DNA from: Octopus sinensis
Lineage: Eukaryota
DNA: 64,000 nucleotides
NCBI RefSeq assembly: GCF_006345805.1
Contig: NC_043009.1
Coordinates: 54,374,001 to 54,438,000 of the forward strand
Direction: 5' to 3'
The notes beneath the pieces are model-generated. The model saw only the letters and a list, made by a program, of their open reading frames with translations. It did no database searches and was not told the origin of the DNA. Made by a program: the position numbers and the translations under genes. Positions 1 to 13,640 of the stretch are shown piece after piece; within the stretch, counting starts at the first letter, position 1, and each line of letters begins with the position of its first letter.

Positions 1-393
1 AGCTTCTAGGATATGGACTGCGACGTAAATCTGGAGTGTGACGATACATGAGCATTTACTATTTCCTGAGGTGCACCTTGAATGACCGGAGAGAAATATT
101 TCTCCATTTCTGTAGAAATTGACACTAAGATTTTCCACAACCTTTCCAACGGTGCAACGGAACTGATTCCAAAAGAGAGGGGTGAAAGAGAGAGCGAGAG
201 AGAGAGAAAGAAAGAAAGAAAGAACTTGACTAGTATTTATTTATCCCGGAAAGACGAAATGGAAGAATTGGAAGTCGTCATGGTTTGAACTCATAATGTG
301 GAGAAACGGAAAAATAATGCACTTCATCCAAAGCTTTAAGGGCTCTTCATATTCGCCGCTTATGCACATGTTACCACACAAACTCTCTCTCTA

Positions 394-425
<32 letters not shown>

Positions 426-557
426 ATACACACACACACACATACACACACACACTGTCTCTCGCTCTCTCTCTCTCTATATATATATATACAAATTTCT
501 CTCATCACTCTTCCTCCCTCTTTCTCTCTCTTCTACTCACATGCAGAAGCACGCAGT

Positions 558-607
<50 letters not shown>

Positions 608-611
<4 letters not shown>

Positions 612-916
612 AAGCCCATGGCCTAGTGGTTAGAGCAGCGGACTCGCCGTCGAGGGATCGCGGTTTCGAATCTCATACCGGGCGATGTGTGTGTTTATGG
701 GTGAAAACACCTAAGCTCAATGCGGCTCCAGCAGAAGGTAATGGCGAACTTCTGCTGACTCTTTCACCACAAATTTCTCTCACTCTTTCCTCCTGCATCT
801 TGTAGCTCACCTGCGACGGACCGGCGTACCGTGCAGGTGGGGAACCTAAACGCCAAGGTAACCGGGAAACCGGCCCTTATGAGCCAGACATGGCTCGAGA
901 AGGACAAACAAAACAA
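608..916 (+). mobile_element. tRNA-derived SINE, family B
   Basis: Pol III A box TGGCCTAGTGG (~619) and B-box-like GGTTTCGAATC (~662). Homologous to 11901-12165 and 59020-59198; starts in a (TG)n run. Confidence 0.85.
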
Positions 917-1474
917 TATGTATATATATATATATTCATACTCACGTGCTCTATATATTCACATGTGTACGTTGTATATATTTGTAGATCTGTTTTTATA
1001 TAAAATTGTGAATGTGTGTGTGTGTGTGTATTCTGTCACTGAAGCCAAAGTAGGGGTTATTTCATTTCAATTCCCAAAAGCTCGAAATATTTATATAATT
1101 CATTGATAAAAGATTCTGATATGAAATAAAAACTATTGTTTCAATACGATTTGCCCCATATATTGTTTCCTAATAAGAGATGAGATTGCATTTGGTCTTT
1201 CCAGCATTTATTAGAAATCTATAAAATATAAAATTCCTGCTCTGTTTGTGCTTCAAACGAGGGTGAAAATTTCAAGTATTTGAGGTTGAATTACAGGCGA
1301 AATCAAAGATGACTCATTGCTTTATTAGAAATCATAAAAAAAAAGACCAAAAAAATCTTCAACATTTATAAAGAAGAAATATGAGGATAAAAGTTTATAT
1401 AATTCAAAAGTGATTTATTTTTGGTATTTATGTTTGAACATAAACACACACTCGCACACCTATACATATATGTA

Positions 1475-1900
1475 TGCTGCAGGTGAAAACTTGGCATGTT
1501 TCAACATAAGTTACAATGCTAATCGACTTTCTAATAAAATCAACTCACCTCCTGTACCTCCGTATAACTTTATCAAATGTAATAAATGCCCACCTGATGG
1601 CTATTGCCAGGTGAAGTCATGAATATACTGCGCTAAAGTATAACTTAGAAAGAATTGTCAGCCCAAATCTTACATTGGTTTGACTAAACATAATTTTAAG
1701 AGACATATTTATCAGCGCATGCATTAAACTGGAAAGAAAACGTTCAACTGTTTTACTGGCAAATATTCAGATTTTGAGAGTGAACCGTCCGCACATACAC
1801 TCAGTTACTTGCTTGCTGCCACCATGCACTATATCAGTCAAAACTAGAAAGATGCTTATTTTTCTCCGAGTATCCTGAACTTTTCAGTGTAAGATGTGAA
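1475..1900 (+). pseudogene. Penelope-like element GIY-YIG endonuclease relic
   Basis: Reads CNKCPPDGYCQVKS*IYCAKV*LRKNCQPKSYIGLTKHNFKRHIY, i.e. Cys linker + IY...YIG-LT..FK motif of PLE endonucleases, with in-frame stops. Confidence 0.75.
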
Positions 1901-2550
1901 CTTTGTCATCTTGTAAACAAGATATTAAATAAGTTAAATTTATTTATAACCCTTCTTTCATTGACAATGACAAAATTTATTAGATATTATATTTTGTTTG
2001 TCCTTACAGCAATTTTCTTATCTAGTTTTGCCCTCTAGCACTTGAAAACTTTATCGCAAATTATCTCCCTTACTCGAATATACATTCTTATAGTTTGCTT
2101 TAAGTCTGTATTTTTAAAACAATAATTTAATTATATACAAGTTTTCCCCATATATAGAATATTTTTACTTATACACACATTTTTCGGCATAAATATTTTC
2201 CCATTTACTCTGTGGCACTCCACATCTCCCACGGTAAACTTCGATTCCAGCCTAGTATTTCATTTCTTAACTAATATGGTCCAATAAAGTTGTATGACCA
2301 GGTGGTGGGTTGGGTTTATGATCACAGAATTGTAGATTCGATTTCTGTACTGGTATCCTTTAGCAAAGCATTTCTATTAACGCTGCTCCATCTTTCGCAC
2401 GTCAAAATTATAGCAACATATTGCTAGTGTACCTATGTCGGCATCTAATGCTCTCAGGACCACAGTAATTAATGCAATTAGCGAAACATGGTAAATGCTA
2501 CAATTGGCTGAGTGTGACAGCTATGGTTTTGTGGTTACACATATACATAT

Positions 2551-2692
2551 TCTTTTACTTGTATCAGTTATTTGACTGTGCTCATGCTGGAGCACTGCCT
2601 TTCGTTAAGCAAATCGAGCCCAGGACTTATTCTTTGTAAGCTTAATACTTATTCTATCGGTCACTTTTGCCGAACCACTAGATTACGGGGAC

Positions 2693-2694
<2 letters not shown>
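2551..2694 (-). mobile_element. SINE family A, 3' fragment
   Basis: Matches the 3' half of full copies (ttacttgt.tcagt.atttgactgtg..catgctggagcac...cttattctatcggtc). Confidence 0.85.

Positions 2695-2770
<76 letters not shown>
2693..2770. repeat. (TAG)n microsatellite
   Basis: Direct reading. Confidence 0.98.
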
Positions 2771-2774
2771 TGCA

Positions 2775-3130
2775 ATGCATGAGAGTAGTGGTACAATAAT
2801 ATACCTGAAAAAATTCGTGGTGAAGCCGCTAAACCGAAATTTCTTTGGGTCTTTGAGATCCAAACAAACAGAACTATTGAACATGATATACCAGATACTC
2901 TTATACATGACATAAAGACGAGAACGTCTTATAATAGATACAGCATTTCTATCAGATAAGGACATGAAAAACATTTTGAAATACGCTGATTTAAATATAG
3001 GAACAGTATTTTGGGTTATCCATCAGCAAAAGTGGAATATGTACCAGTTATTATAGTATTAGTTTCAATTACTCTTAAACTTTCAGGGTTTCCGGGGTGC
3101 TTCGACAACACACCGCCTGGAATAAGAATT
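2775..3130 (+). pseudogene. R4/Dong-clade non-LTR retrotransposon, restriction-like endonuclease relic
   Basis: WYNNIPEK...LWVFEIQTNRTIEHDIPD...LIID...LKYADL...VPVII, the PD..D...K..KY-type motif also seen at 17.0-17.3 kb and 53.4-53.8 kb; frameshifted. Confidence 0.7.
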
Positions 3131-3200
3131 GAACCTACAATGTCATGTTTATGAGTTGGACATATTTGATAAAATACCGCACGTGACATCTCAGTAGAGA

Positions 3201-3526
3201 TGGAGCACTCCGTCGGTTACGACGACGAGGCTCCCAGCTGATACGATCAACGGAACAGCTTGCTCGTGAAATTAACGTGCAAGTGACTGAGCAATCCACA
3301 GACACCTGTACCCCTAACATAGTTCTCAGGGAGATTCAGCGTAACACAAAGTGTGACAATGCTGGCCCTTTGAAATACAGGTACAAATCATTTTTGCCAG
3401 CTGAGTGGACTGGAGCAACGTGAAATAAACTGTCATGCTTAAGGACACAACGTGTCGCCGGGAATTGAATTCACGACCTTACAATCGTGAGCCGAATGCC
3501 CTAACCACTAAGCCACGCGCCTTCAC
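3201..3526 (-). mobile_element. tRNA-derived SINE, family C (full length, with TSD)
   Basis: Minus strand starts GTGAAGGCGCGTGGCTTAGTGGTTAGGG with a downstream B-box-like segment. TCTCAGTA direct repeat at 3189-3196 and 3527-3534. Homologs at 37465 and 63632. Confidence 0.88.
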
Positions 3527-4422
3527 TCTCAGTATAAGTGAAGCAGATAGAATAGTATGTTAGTTTTTGCGGTGTTTCTATAAAAGTAGAAAATCTGGGA
3601 ATAAAATTGCCGTTAAATGGAATGGTTTATCAAGGAAATTACTTCTTAGAAAGTCAAATCTGATGAATACTGGAGGGTAGGAAGATTCCCCAACGCGAAA
3701 GGATCAAACTTTGTTGATGCAATTAGGAAGCGAGTGATATTGCAGGTTCTCTGATGCATGCCAGCAACCATTGATCTCTTAATGATTGGCTGGCAATCAT
3801 TGAAATAGTGGAAAAACGAGTGACAACTGGAGATAATGTGCGTCTTTCTCCACGTCTTGTAATGAATATTTTTCGCCTCCCTGGCCTAGTTGCACTGGTT
3901 TCGGCTGCTAGTGGTGGTAGTTTTATCGTTCTTGTAACACTGGTTCTTGTTGTTTAGGTTCGGGTCATTTCTGAGAATTTAGGGATATGCACAACAGTGA
4001 TTCAAGCATGTTCCCCACAACGTATTTTATATCAGCGACTGCATTCATTGCCCAAGACGAATTTTAACTATAATGGTATATTGATATTTGAAATAAATTT
4101 CAATGCTAGCAAATTAAGCAAATTAATCGAGTGTTTTAGAAATATAAAAAGCGCTGGTAATAAAAATATTACTTAGAAAATAATAATTGATAATTTTCAT
4201 CAAATTCCAGCGTTTAACCTGGCTCGCTTTAAATAGAATTTCTCAATAAAATAAAATAACTTGAATTTTCAGAACACGTTTTTCATATGCCATGTGCAAT
4301 TTTAATTATTATATATGTATTGCTTCATTGATATATGATGATATAGATTCACATTCATCTATATATACATACAAACATACTCATATATACATATACGCAC
4401 ACATATATATATATCTATATAC

Positions 4423-4460
<38 letters not shown>

Positions 4461-4835
4461 GCCTATGTATATATATATATGTATATATAAATATGTGTAT
4501 ACATATATATATATATAAATGTGTACTTGTGTGCGTATTATGTAAATATGTATACGTATACATATGTATATATATATGTATATAAGTTTGTATATATATA
4601 TTATATATGACATGTATATACGCATATATATATACATATATAGATATAGATACATATGCACTCACATACTCACACGTCTCGCGCATATATGTATTTATAT
4701 AATTCAGCAGAGAGAGTATAGCATACAGCACAATAAACAAAGGGACATCTTTTCATCAGTTCTAAATCTGGAAGCCGTAGCTATTTTCAAATCATGGGAC
4801 ACCACGGTTGCAAGAAATATTTCTCCTTTAAATTA

Positions 4836-4893
4836 CCGGGTCTGATGAGAGTAGCGTCATTGTCAAAATGTATCGAAACCGCCGTGAACCTGG
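4836..4893 (+). ncRNA. degenerate type I hammerhead ribozyme motif
   Basis: CCGGGT-CTGATGA-helix II-GAAAC-CGCC-GTG-A-ACCTGG; helix I CCGGGT/ACCTGG pairs. Cleavage triplet is GUG, so probably inactive. Confidence 0.6.
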
Positions 4894-5116
4894 CAAAAAG
4901 CTGAAGATATAACCGCTTCTATTTTACTGGGGTTTTTTTCTCTTTGCTCCTTTTGTCTTTTTCTTTTTCTTCTTAGTTTCTTGGTTCTCTTAGGTCAAAG
5001 TTGACGAACAGACAAACATTAACGATATGGACCTATGAAACTAGACTACAAGTGTTGATGTGTTATATATGAAATAAACATTTTATGGGATTTCTTATAC
5101 CTTAAAGGATTTTTTA

Positions 5117-5288
5117 GGCGTAGGTGTGGGTGTGTGGTAAGTAGCTTGCTTACGAACTACATGGTTCCGGGTACAGTCCCACTGCGTGGCGTCTTGGGCA
5201 AGTGTCTTCTACTATAGCCTCGGGTCAACCAAAGACTTGTGAGTAGATTTGGTAGACGGAAACTGAAAGAAGCCCTTCGTATGTATAT

Positions 5289-5330
<42 letters not shown>

Positions 5331-5332
5331 TG

Positions 5333-5382
<50 letters not shown>

Positions 5383-5562
5383 ACCCCCCCCCCCAACATC
5401 GCTTGACAACCGATGCTGATGTATTTACGTCCCCGCTTCGGAAAAGAGATCGACACAATAAGTACTAGGCTTCCAAATAATAAGTCCTGGGGTCGATGTG
5501 CTTGACTAAAGACGGTGCTCCAGCATGGCCACAGTCAAATGAGTAAAACACGTAAACGAGTA
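5117..5562 (+). mobile_element. tRNA-derived SINE, family A (full length, internal TA/TG microsatellite)
   Basis: tRNA-like head, CORE-like cttgggcaagtgtcttctactatagcc segment, internal (TA)n(TG)n, tail ggtgctccagcatggccacagtcaaatga. Confidence 0.92.
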
Positions 5563-6078
5563 TATCATTTTACCACATAAAGTTTCAGATTCGCCTGCAT
5601 TGTAAAAACGAAACATTTCAATAGCTGAATGGATTGAGTTATATGTGTGAGTGTGGATGGATGAATGTATGTATGTATGCATGTATGCATTTATGGATGT
5701 ATGTACGTATATATGTATATTGCTTGCATGCCACAAAGGAGCGCACGAAGCGTAGAGTTGATTTTTAAGAAAGCAAGCTAAATTAGAAATATGGAAACTT
5801 TACATTCATCACACACGATCCTATAAAGATGCATTTGAGTGTATTTGTGCGTGAGTGTGCGTGGATATATCTGTGTATGTGTGCGTGAGTGTGAACGTAT
5901 GTGCATGTGTGTGTGTTTAAGGGTGTATATCCATCAGCCACACTTCGTATGAACACAACAATTCGTTATATTTCCTTCCCAGTTTACGTGTTTATATATT
6001 TATAATACTTAATTAAATTTTTTAAACTTCCAGTTTCCCATTCTTTTTACATATATACATATATACATACATATATGT

Positions 6079-6126
<48 letters not shown>

Positions 6127-6131
6127 GTATG

Positions 6132-6167
<36 letters not shown>

Positions 6168-6253
6168 TATACATGTATATATTATATATATATGGATAGA
6201 CATATATATATATATATATATATACATATATGTATGTATATAAGTATATATAC

Positions 6254-6304
<51 letters not shown>

Positions 6305-6793
6305 ATATATATAAATGCATGCATATGTCCATACATATATATGTATGAACATATATGCATACATACACGCACGCATACACATCCATACACATAGATATTA
6401 TATATTCCATCAACATTAATCTTTTCCCCTTTCTTGACTCGTTTATTTTTATCATTTCCAGATTGTACTTCGCCCCTTCACTCAATGCACCGTATTTTCA
6501 TCTTTTCACCTTTTCCATGTACAAGTATATTCTCATCATGCATTTTCTCTGTTATCCATAAATTTTGTAGATAAACAATCTAATGTAATAGCTTTTGTAT
6601 GTCTATTAAAAATGTCAAGAACGGAATCTGACATTTACATGTCGTCTTCAACGTGCATAGATTATATATATATATACATACATGTATATATGTATATACG
6701 TGTGTGTGTGTCTGTGTGTGTGTGTGTGTGCATATATATATATATACATAAAGTATATATGTATGCATGTATATATGTTTGTGTATGTGTATG

Positions 6794-6844
<51 letters not shown>

Positions 6845-6977
6845 ATATATTATATATATATATACATATATACATATATATGTGTATATATATATATACA
6901 TGTATATTTATATATAAGTGTCTGTGTGTGAGCATATATACATACATATATATACATATATACATATATATAAATAA

Positions 6978-7037
<60 letters not shown>

Positions 7038-7439
7038 AAATATGCGAAGCATAATTAAACACATATTTTGTTTATTTATCTATGTAGAGTGAATTGCTTG
7101 AAGGTTTTCTTGATTTTCGTGTTATTATATTAAAATTATGTCATATTCTTCTGTAGTTTAAACTCGACCTTTAAGCAACAAAAGAAGCTAAAATACATGC
7201 ACGAGCACGGCTGTTGAAAGATATTTCTAAGGATGCTCTGCATGTTAAATATGTACACGATAAAATGTTATATATGTAACTGGCTGTCAGATAAATTCGT
7301 TCGTGTCTTTTTCTCTTCAGAAATTTCATTGTCATATATCTGAATCAATGCAAGTTATCTTGAAATTTCAAAAACGATAAACATGCGCTGGAAACTGAGA
7401 TTACAACATTCCCCTGAGCAGGACATCGGTCTGTTGCAG

Positions 7440-7642
7440 GGTTTCAGGCCAGCAATTTTGAACGAAGAAGCATATCGATTATATCGCCCTCAGTACTTGA
7501 CTGGTACTTTACCTGAACGACCCGGATTGATAAGAAGCAAAGGTGATCCCGGCTGGATTTGAACCCAGAAAGTAAAGATCCAGAATAGATGCTACTTAGC
7601 ATTATGTTCGATGATACAACAACTCAGCGACCTTGCTGCCTT
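7440..7642 (-). mobile_element. degenerate SINE family D (second copy ~8960-9161)
   Basis: Diverged match to 26069-26304 (cagtacttgactggtactt...gacccgga...gcaaagg...ggatttgaacccagaa...gctgcctt). Confidence 0.65.
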
Positions 7643-7971
7643 ATTATATCGACACATTACAGAGAATTAAAACTAATGAATTTCTTAACATACATAGTAA
7701 CCATCCTTGAAATTGTAATTAAGAACTTAATGCTTAATCTATCACTCAGACTCTCATAAGATTCCGTTAATCAACTAACTTTAATAATGCGTCTTTATCT
7801 AATAATTATACTTTCACTAGAAGGTAAAATCACTTACGTTACATTAATTGAAAAAAGAGACGTATAGAGGAACATAATTTGTTTTTCATCTCATTTTCAT
7901 ATCACAACAGCTACTTAAATCTTTATACTCCACAATAGCTTTGCCTAGGCGCATGCATATCTGTATCTAGA

Positions 7972-8130
7972 CTCAGGAGTGACAGTGTGGTTAAGAAGCT
8001 TACGTCCCAATCAAGGGGGTCTTGGGTTTAGTCCATCTGAAGGCATACTGAATATTTTCTACAATAATTCCGAGCTAACCGCCCCTTGGTGAGTGGATTT
8101 TGTAGAGGGAAACTGAAAGTAGTTCATCGT
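7972..8130 (+). mobile_element. degenerate SINE family A 5' part (second copy ~9491-9650)
   Basis: caggagtgacagtgtggttaagaagctt...gtgagtggattttgtagagggaaactgaaag. Confidence 0.65.
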
Positions 8131-8183
8131 AATTATATATACATGTATAACAAATATGTGAAGCATAATTAAACACATATTTT

Positions 8184-8233
<50 letters not shown>

Positions 8234-8261
8234 ATATATATATATATATTTATATATATTA

Positions 8262-8332
<71 letters not shown>

Positions 8333-8488
8333 TATATATAATATATATTTATATATATACATATATATACATATATACATATATACATATATATGTGTAT
8401 ATATATATATACATGTATATTTATATATAAGTGTCTGTGTGTGAGCATATATACATACATATATATATACATATATACATATATATAA

Positions 8489-8556
<68 letters not shown>

Positions 8557-9704
8557 AAATATGCGAAGCATAATTAAACACATATTTTGTTTATTTATCT
8601 ATGTAGAGTGAATTGCTTGAAGGTTTTCTTGATTTTCGTGTTATTATATTAAAATTATGTCATATTCTTCTGTAGTTTAAACTCGACCTTTAAGCAACAA
8701 AAGAAGCTAAAATACATGCACGAGCACGGCTGTTGAAAGATATTTCTAAGGATGCTCTGCATGTTAAATATGTACACGATAAAATGTTATATATGTAACT
8801 GGCTGTCAGATAAATTCGTTCGTGTCTTTTTCTCTTCAGGAAATTTCATTGTCATATATCTGAATCAATGCAAGTTATCTTGAAATTTCAAAAACGATAA
8901 ACATGCGCTGGAAACTGAGATTACAACATTCCCCTGAGCAGGACATCGGTATGTTGCAGGGTTTCAGGCCAGCAATTTTGAACGAAGAAGCATATCGATT
9001 ATATCGCCCTCAGTACTTGACTGGTACTTTACCTGAACGACCCGGATTGATAAGAAGCAAAGGTGATCCCGGCTGGATTTGAACCCAGAACGTAAGATCC
9101 AGAATAGATGCTACTTAGCATTATGTTCGATGATACAACAACTCAGCGACCTTGCTGCCTTATTATATCGACACATTACAGAGAATTAAAACTAATGAAT
9201 TTCTTAACATACATAGTAACCATCCTTGAAATTGTAATTAAGAACTTAATGCTTAATCTATCACTCAGACTCTCATAAGATTCCGTTAATCAACTAACTT
9301 TAATAATGCATCTTTATCTAATAATTATACTTTCACTAGAAGGTAAAATCACTTACGTTACATTAATTGAAAAAAGAGACGTATAGAGGAACATAATTTG
9401 TTTTTCATCTCATTTTCATATCACAACAGCTACTTAAATCTTTATACTCCACAATAGCTTTGCCTAGGCGCATGCATATCTGTATCTAGACTCAGGAGTG
9501 ACAGTGTGGTTAAGAAGCTTACGTCCCAATCAAGGGGGTCTTGGGTTTAGTCCATCTGAAGGCATACTGAATATTTTCTACAATAATTCCGAGCTAACCG
9601 CCCCTTGGTGAGTGGATTTTGTAGAGGGAAACTGAAAGTAGTTCATCGTAATTATATATATACATGTATAACAAATATGTGAAGCATAATTAAACACATA
9701 TTTT

Positions 9705-9853
<149 letters not shown>

Positions 9854-10084
9854 ATTATATATATAATATATATATTTATAATGATAAATGCGAAAATGAA
9901 TATCTGTGTATCAGTGTGTCAACTTTTTCAACTATACTCGTCGGCCCTTATCTTTCACTATTCAATGACACTTCTTCCATTCCTCATGCTTTACCTCTTT
10001 CTCACTATTCAATAACATTTCTACTATTCCTCATGCTCTACCCCTCTCTCACTATTCAATGACTCTTCTGCTATTCTTCATTCT

Positions 10085-10910
10085 TGGTTTTTTTTCTTAA
10101 TCCTAGCATTTTGAAAAATATTTCTCTAAATATTATAATTGTATCAAGTAATTTAACCATAACACGTGCTTCATAACGTTCCGAAATTAAATACGTATTG
10201 AACTCACTCTCTCATACAATATTACCTCTCATAATTTAGTATTTTTGTCAGATATTAATAAAATTTGTCAGACCTATTTTCATACCGTTGGCCGTCGAAG
10301 CTATGGAAACTTAGCGCACTTCAACTGCTTGAAAATAGATTCGATTAATTTTATTATTACCTTAAAAAATACTAATTCTACTCTTTAAAAATTTCTTTCT
10401 TCATCCTAACATTTTGAAAAAAATCTGTCTCTAAATATAATAACTGTATCAAGTAATTTAAACATAACACTACTCTCTAAAAAGTTTTTTTCTTAATCCT
10501 AACATTTAAACAAAATATGTTTCTCTAAATATTATAACTTTCCGAAATAAACATTTTGAAAAAATATTTCTCTCAATATTATAGCTGTATCACGTAATTT
10601 AACAATGATAAGTGCTTCATAACTTTCGGGACTGAAATACGTATTGAAATCACTCTCTCATACAATATTACCTCTTGGAAACTTAGTATTTTTTTTCAGA
10701 TATTAATAAAATTTGTCGGACCTATTTTCGTATCGTCGGCCGTCGGAGCTATGGAACCTAAGCGCACTCCGACTGCATGAAAAATCATTCGACTAATTTT
10801 ATTATTACCTTAAAAAATATTAACTCTACTCTCTAAAACAGTTTAGCGCATTCCGACTGCATGAAAATAGATTCGACTAATTTTATTATTACCTTAAAAA
10901 ATACTAAAAT
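10085..10910. repeat. complex diverged tandem repeat (satellite-like)
   Basis: ~240-bp block 10149-10385 recurs at 10596-10835, with a partial third copy at 10843-10908 and shorter aatcctaacattttgaaaaa...ctctaaatattata subunits. Confidence 0.85.
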
Positions 10911-11473
10911 ATACTAAATTTCAAACGTCTTTATAGTCAAATATGTTTAGAGCAAATCCAAATCATAAAATTAGCACTTTAAAATAGTCGTTTAGCGACA
11001 GTGGTGTAATTTTCCTTCAAACTACGAACAAGTGTTTAGATACGTACCAGGTACTATGAAAGGTAAGGTCCTAAGTACATCACATTGTCTTTAAATTAAG
11101 TGGCGGCAGAAGAATTATCACTGAACTTTTAAAAGGAATTTTTTTTGTTATTTACGGCCAGCTATATGTTGGTTGTTCAAGGGTAGGGAATAGAAACAAG
11201 CTATTTGTACTGACCCCGAATGGGAAGACAAAAAATGTTGTTTTAGATGCAGCTTTGAAATAAGTTCTAATTCAACAAATTATATCATTGTGTTGATGAA
11301 AATTGTTCATTGCATGAAAAACATTGTTCAAGTTAAATAAAATTTACTATGTACTCAATGCATGAAGTGTTATTATTGGGCCCAAGACCCAATGAAGAGC
11401 CCTCCACAAGAGCTAGCTTAAAAGCCGCTGTATCCGGTGGCTTGTAAGCTAGCGTATATATACATATATATAT

Positions 11474-11860
11474 ATTTTTTTTTTACTTGTTTCAGTCATT
11501 TGACTGCGGCCATGCTGGAGCACCGCCTTTAGTCGAGCAAATCGACCCCGGGACTTATTCTTTGTAAGCCCAGTACTTATTCTATCGGTCTCTTTTTGCC
11601 CAACCGGTAAGTGACGGAGACGTAAATACACCAGCATCGGTTGTCAAGCAATGGTAGGGGGACAAACACAGACACTCAAACATACACACATATATATATA
11701 TACATATATACGACAGGCTTCTTTCAGTTTCCGTCTACCAAATCCACTCAGAAGGCATTGGTGAGCCCGAGGCTATAGTAGAAGACACTTGCCGAAGATG
11801 TCACGCAGCGGGACTGAACCCGGAACCATGAGTTTGGTTAGCAAGCTACTTACCACACAG
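11474..11860 (-). mobile_element. SINE family A
   Basis: Reverse complement of the 13845-14293 type; near full length. Confidence 0.92.
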
Positions 11861-11862
11861 CT

Positions 11863-11900
<38 letters not shown>

Positions 11901-11902
<2 letters not shown>

Positions 11903-12164
11903 CGGACTCGCGGTCGTAGGATCGCGGTTTCGATTCCTAGACCGGGCGTTGTGAGTGTTTATTGAGCGAAAACACCTAAAAGCTCCACGAGGCTCCGGCA
12001 GGGGGTGGTGATCCCTGCTGTACTCTTTCACCACTCTTTCTTCTGTTTGCCTGCTCGCTTAGCCAGCGGGGTGGCGTCATTCGAAGGCTAAAACAATGCG
12101 AATGCATTGTGACCAGCGATGTGTAACAATATCTGATGGTCTGGTCGGTCACGTGCCACGTGTC

Positions 12165-12165
<1 letters not shown>
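11901..12165 (+). mobile_element. SINE family B, 5'-truncated
   Basis: gcggactcgcggtcgtaggatcgcggtttcgattcc... homologous to the copy at 608; begins in (TG)n. Confidence 0.85.
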
Positions 12166-12198
<33 letters not shown>

Positions 12199-12232
12199 AT
12201 GTATATATATATATATATTTTATGTATATACT

Positions 12233-12650
12233 CTCTCTTTACTCTTTTACTTGTTTCAGTCATTTGACTGTGGCCATGCTGGAGCACCGCCTTTAGTCGA
12301 GCAAATCGACCCCAGGACTTATTCTGTGTAAGCCTAGTACTTATTCTATCGGTCTCTTTAGCCGAACTGCTAAGTTACAGGGACGTAAACACACCAGCAT
12401 CGGTTGTCAAGCGATGTTGGGGGGACAAACACAGACACACAAACACACACAGACACATACATACATATATATATATACATATATACGACAGGCTTCTTTC
12501 AGTTTCCGTCTACCAAATCCACTCACAAGTTTTTGGTCAGCCCGAGGCTATAGCAGAAGACACTTGCCCAAGGTGCCACGCAGTGGGACTGAACCCGGAA
12601 CCATGTGGTTCGTAAGCAAGCTACTTACCACACAGCCACTCTACGCCTAT
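12233..12650 (-). mobile_element. SINE family A (full length)
   Basis: Complete head, body and tail, ending in GAGTAAA-type repeats on the minus strand. Confidence 0.93.
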
Positions 12651-12661
12651 GTATGAGTGTG

Positions 12662-12779
<118 letters not shown>

Positions 12780-12809
12780 ATATAATATACATATGTGGGG
12801 GGGATGCAT

Positions 12810-13028
12810 AGGTGTGTCAATTTGTTTGCCCTTAACTACCGCTCGGTACCCGGTGTTGTTTTTTTGCGTCTCAGTAACCAAGCAAGTCGGCAAAAATGAC
12901 CGATAGAAAAAGTACCAAGTACCAATACTTCAAAAGGTGAAGTATTGTAAACGACTTTTTCGACTAATTCCTTGAAGGAACGTTCCCATAGAATAACCGA
13001 AATTCAATGACTAAAACACATAAAAGAA
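12810..13028 (+). mobile_element. old SINE family A 3' half
   Basis: cggcaaaaatgaccgatagaaaaagtacc...caatgactaaaacacataaaaga. Confidence 0.6.
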
Positions 13029-13403
13029 GCCTGGTGTGTGCCCCGATTTTAGCTTACGCGTATCATTGTGGCAATAAAACATTTTGGCTTATCTTTAGTA
13101 CACTCAGCACTGTCTTAAATCCCACCGCATTGGGCAGAATGCTTTTGCGGCCTGAAACATTTAGAATTTTTTAGTTCCATATTATCAACAGAGAAAATTG
13201 ATTTCCAGCCATTTATGATATGGGCAGTATTCTAGATGAACTCTACACACTCACATACAAACACACCGTCAGCAACAATATCTCTCAAACATATGCACAT
13301 ACACGAGCGCGCGCATACTCGCGCACACGCTCACATATACAAACACATATCGATAGAAAAAGGGCTTTTCATTTTATTATGCCTTCTGTCATTGGCACAA
13401 AAC

Positions 13404-13417
13404 GTAGATAGATAGAT

Positions 13418-13488
<71 letters not shown>

Positions 13489-13511
13489 TACAGATAGACA
13501 GATAGACAGAC

Positions 13512-13602
<91 letters not shown>

Positions 13603-13605
13603 AAA

Positions 13606-13640
<35 letters not shown>
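13404..13640. repeat. (GATA)n/(GACA)n microsatellite
   Basis: Direct reading; similar arrays at 19279-19353, 30940-31070, 32817-32960 and 55441-55510. Confidence 0.98.

Noticed and set aside
608-690. tRNA-like sequences with A and B boxes (also 3450-3526, 5117-5190, 59130-59198)
   Set aside because: No full cloverleaf; each continues into a SINE body, so they are SINE heads rather than tRNA genes.
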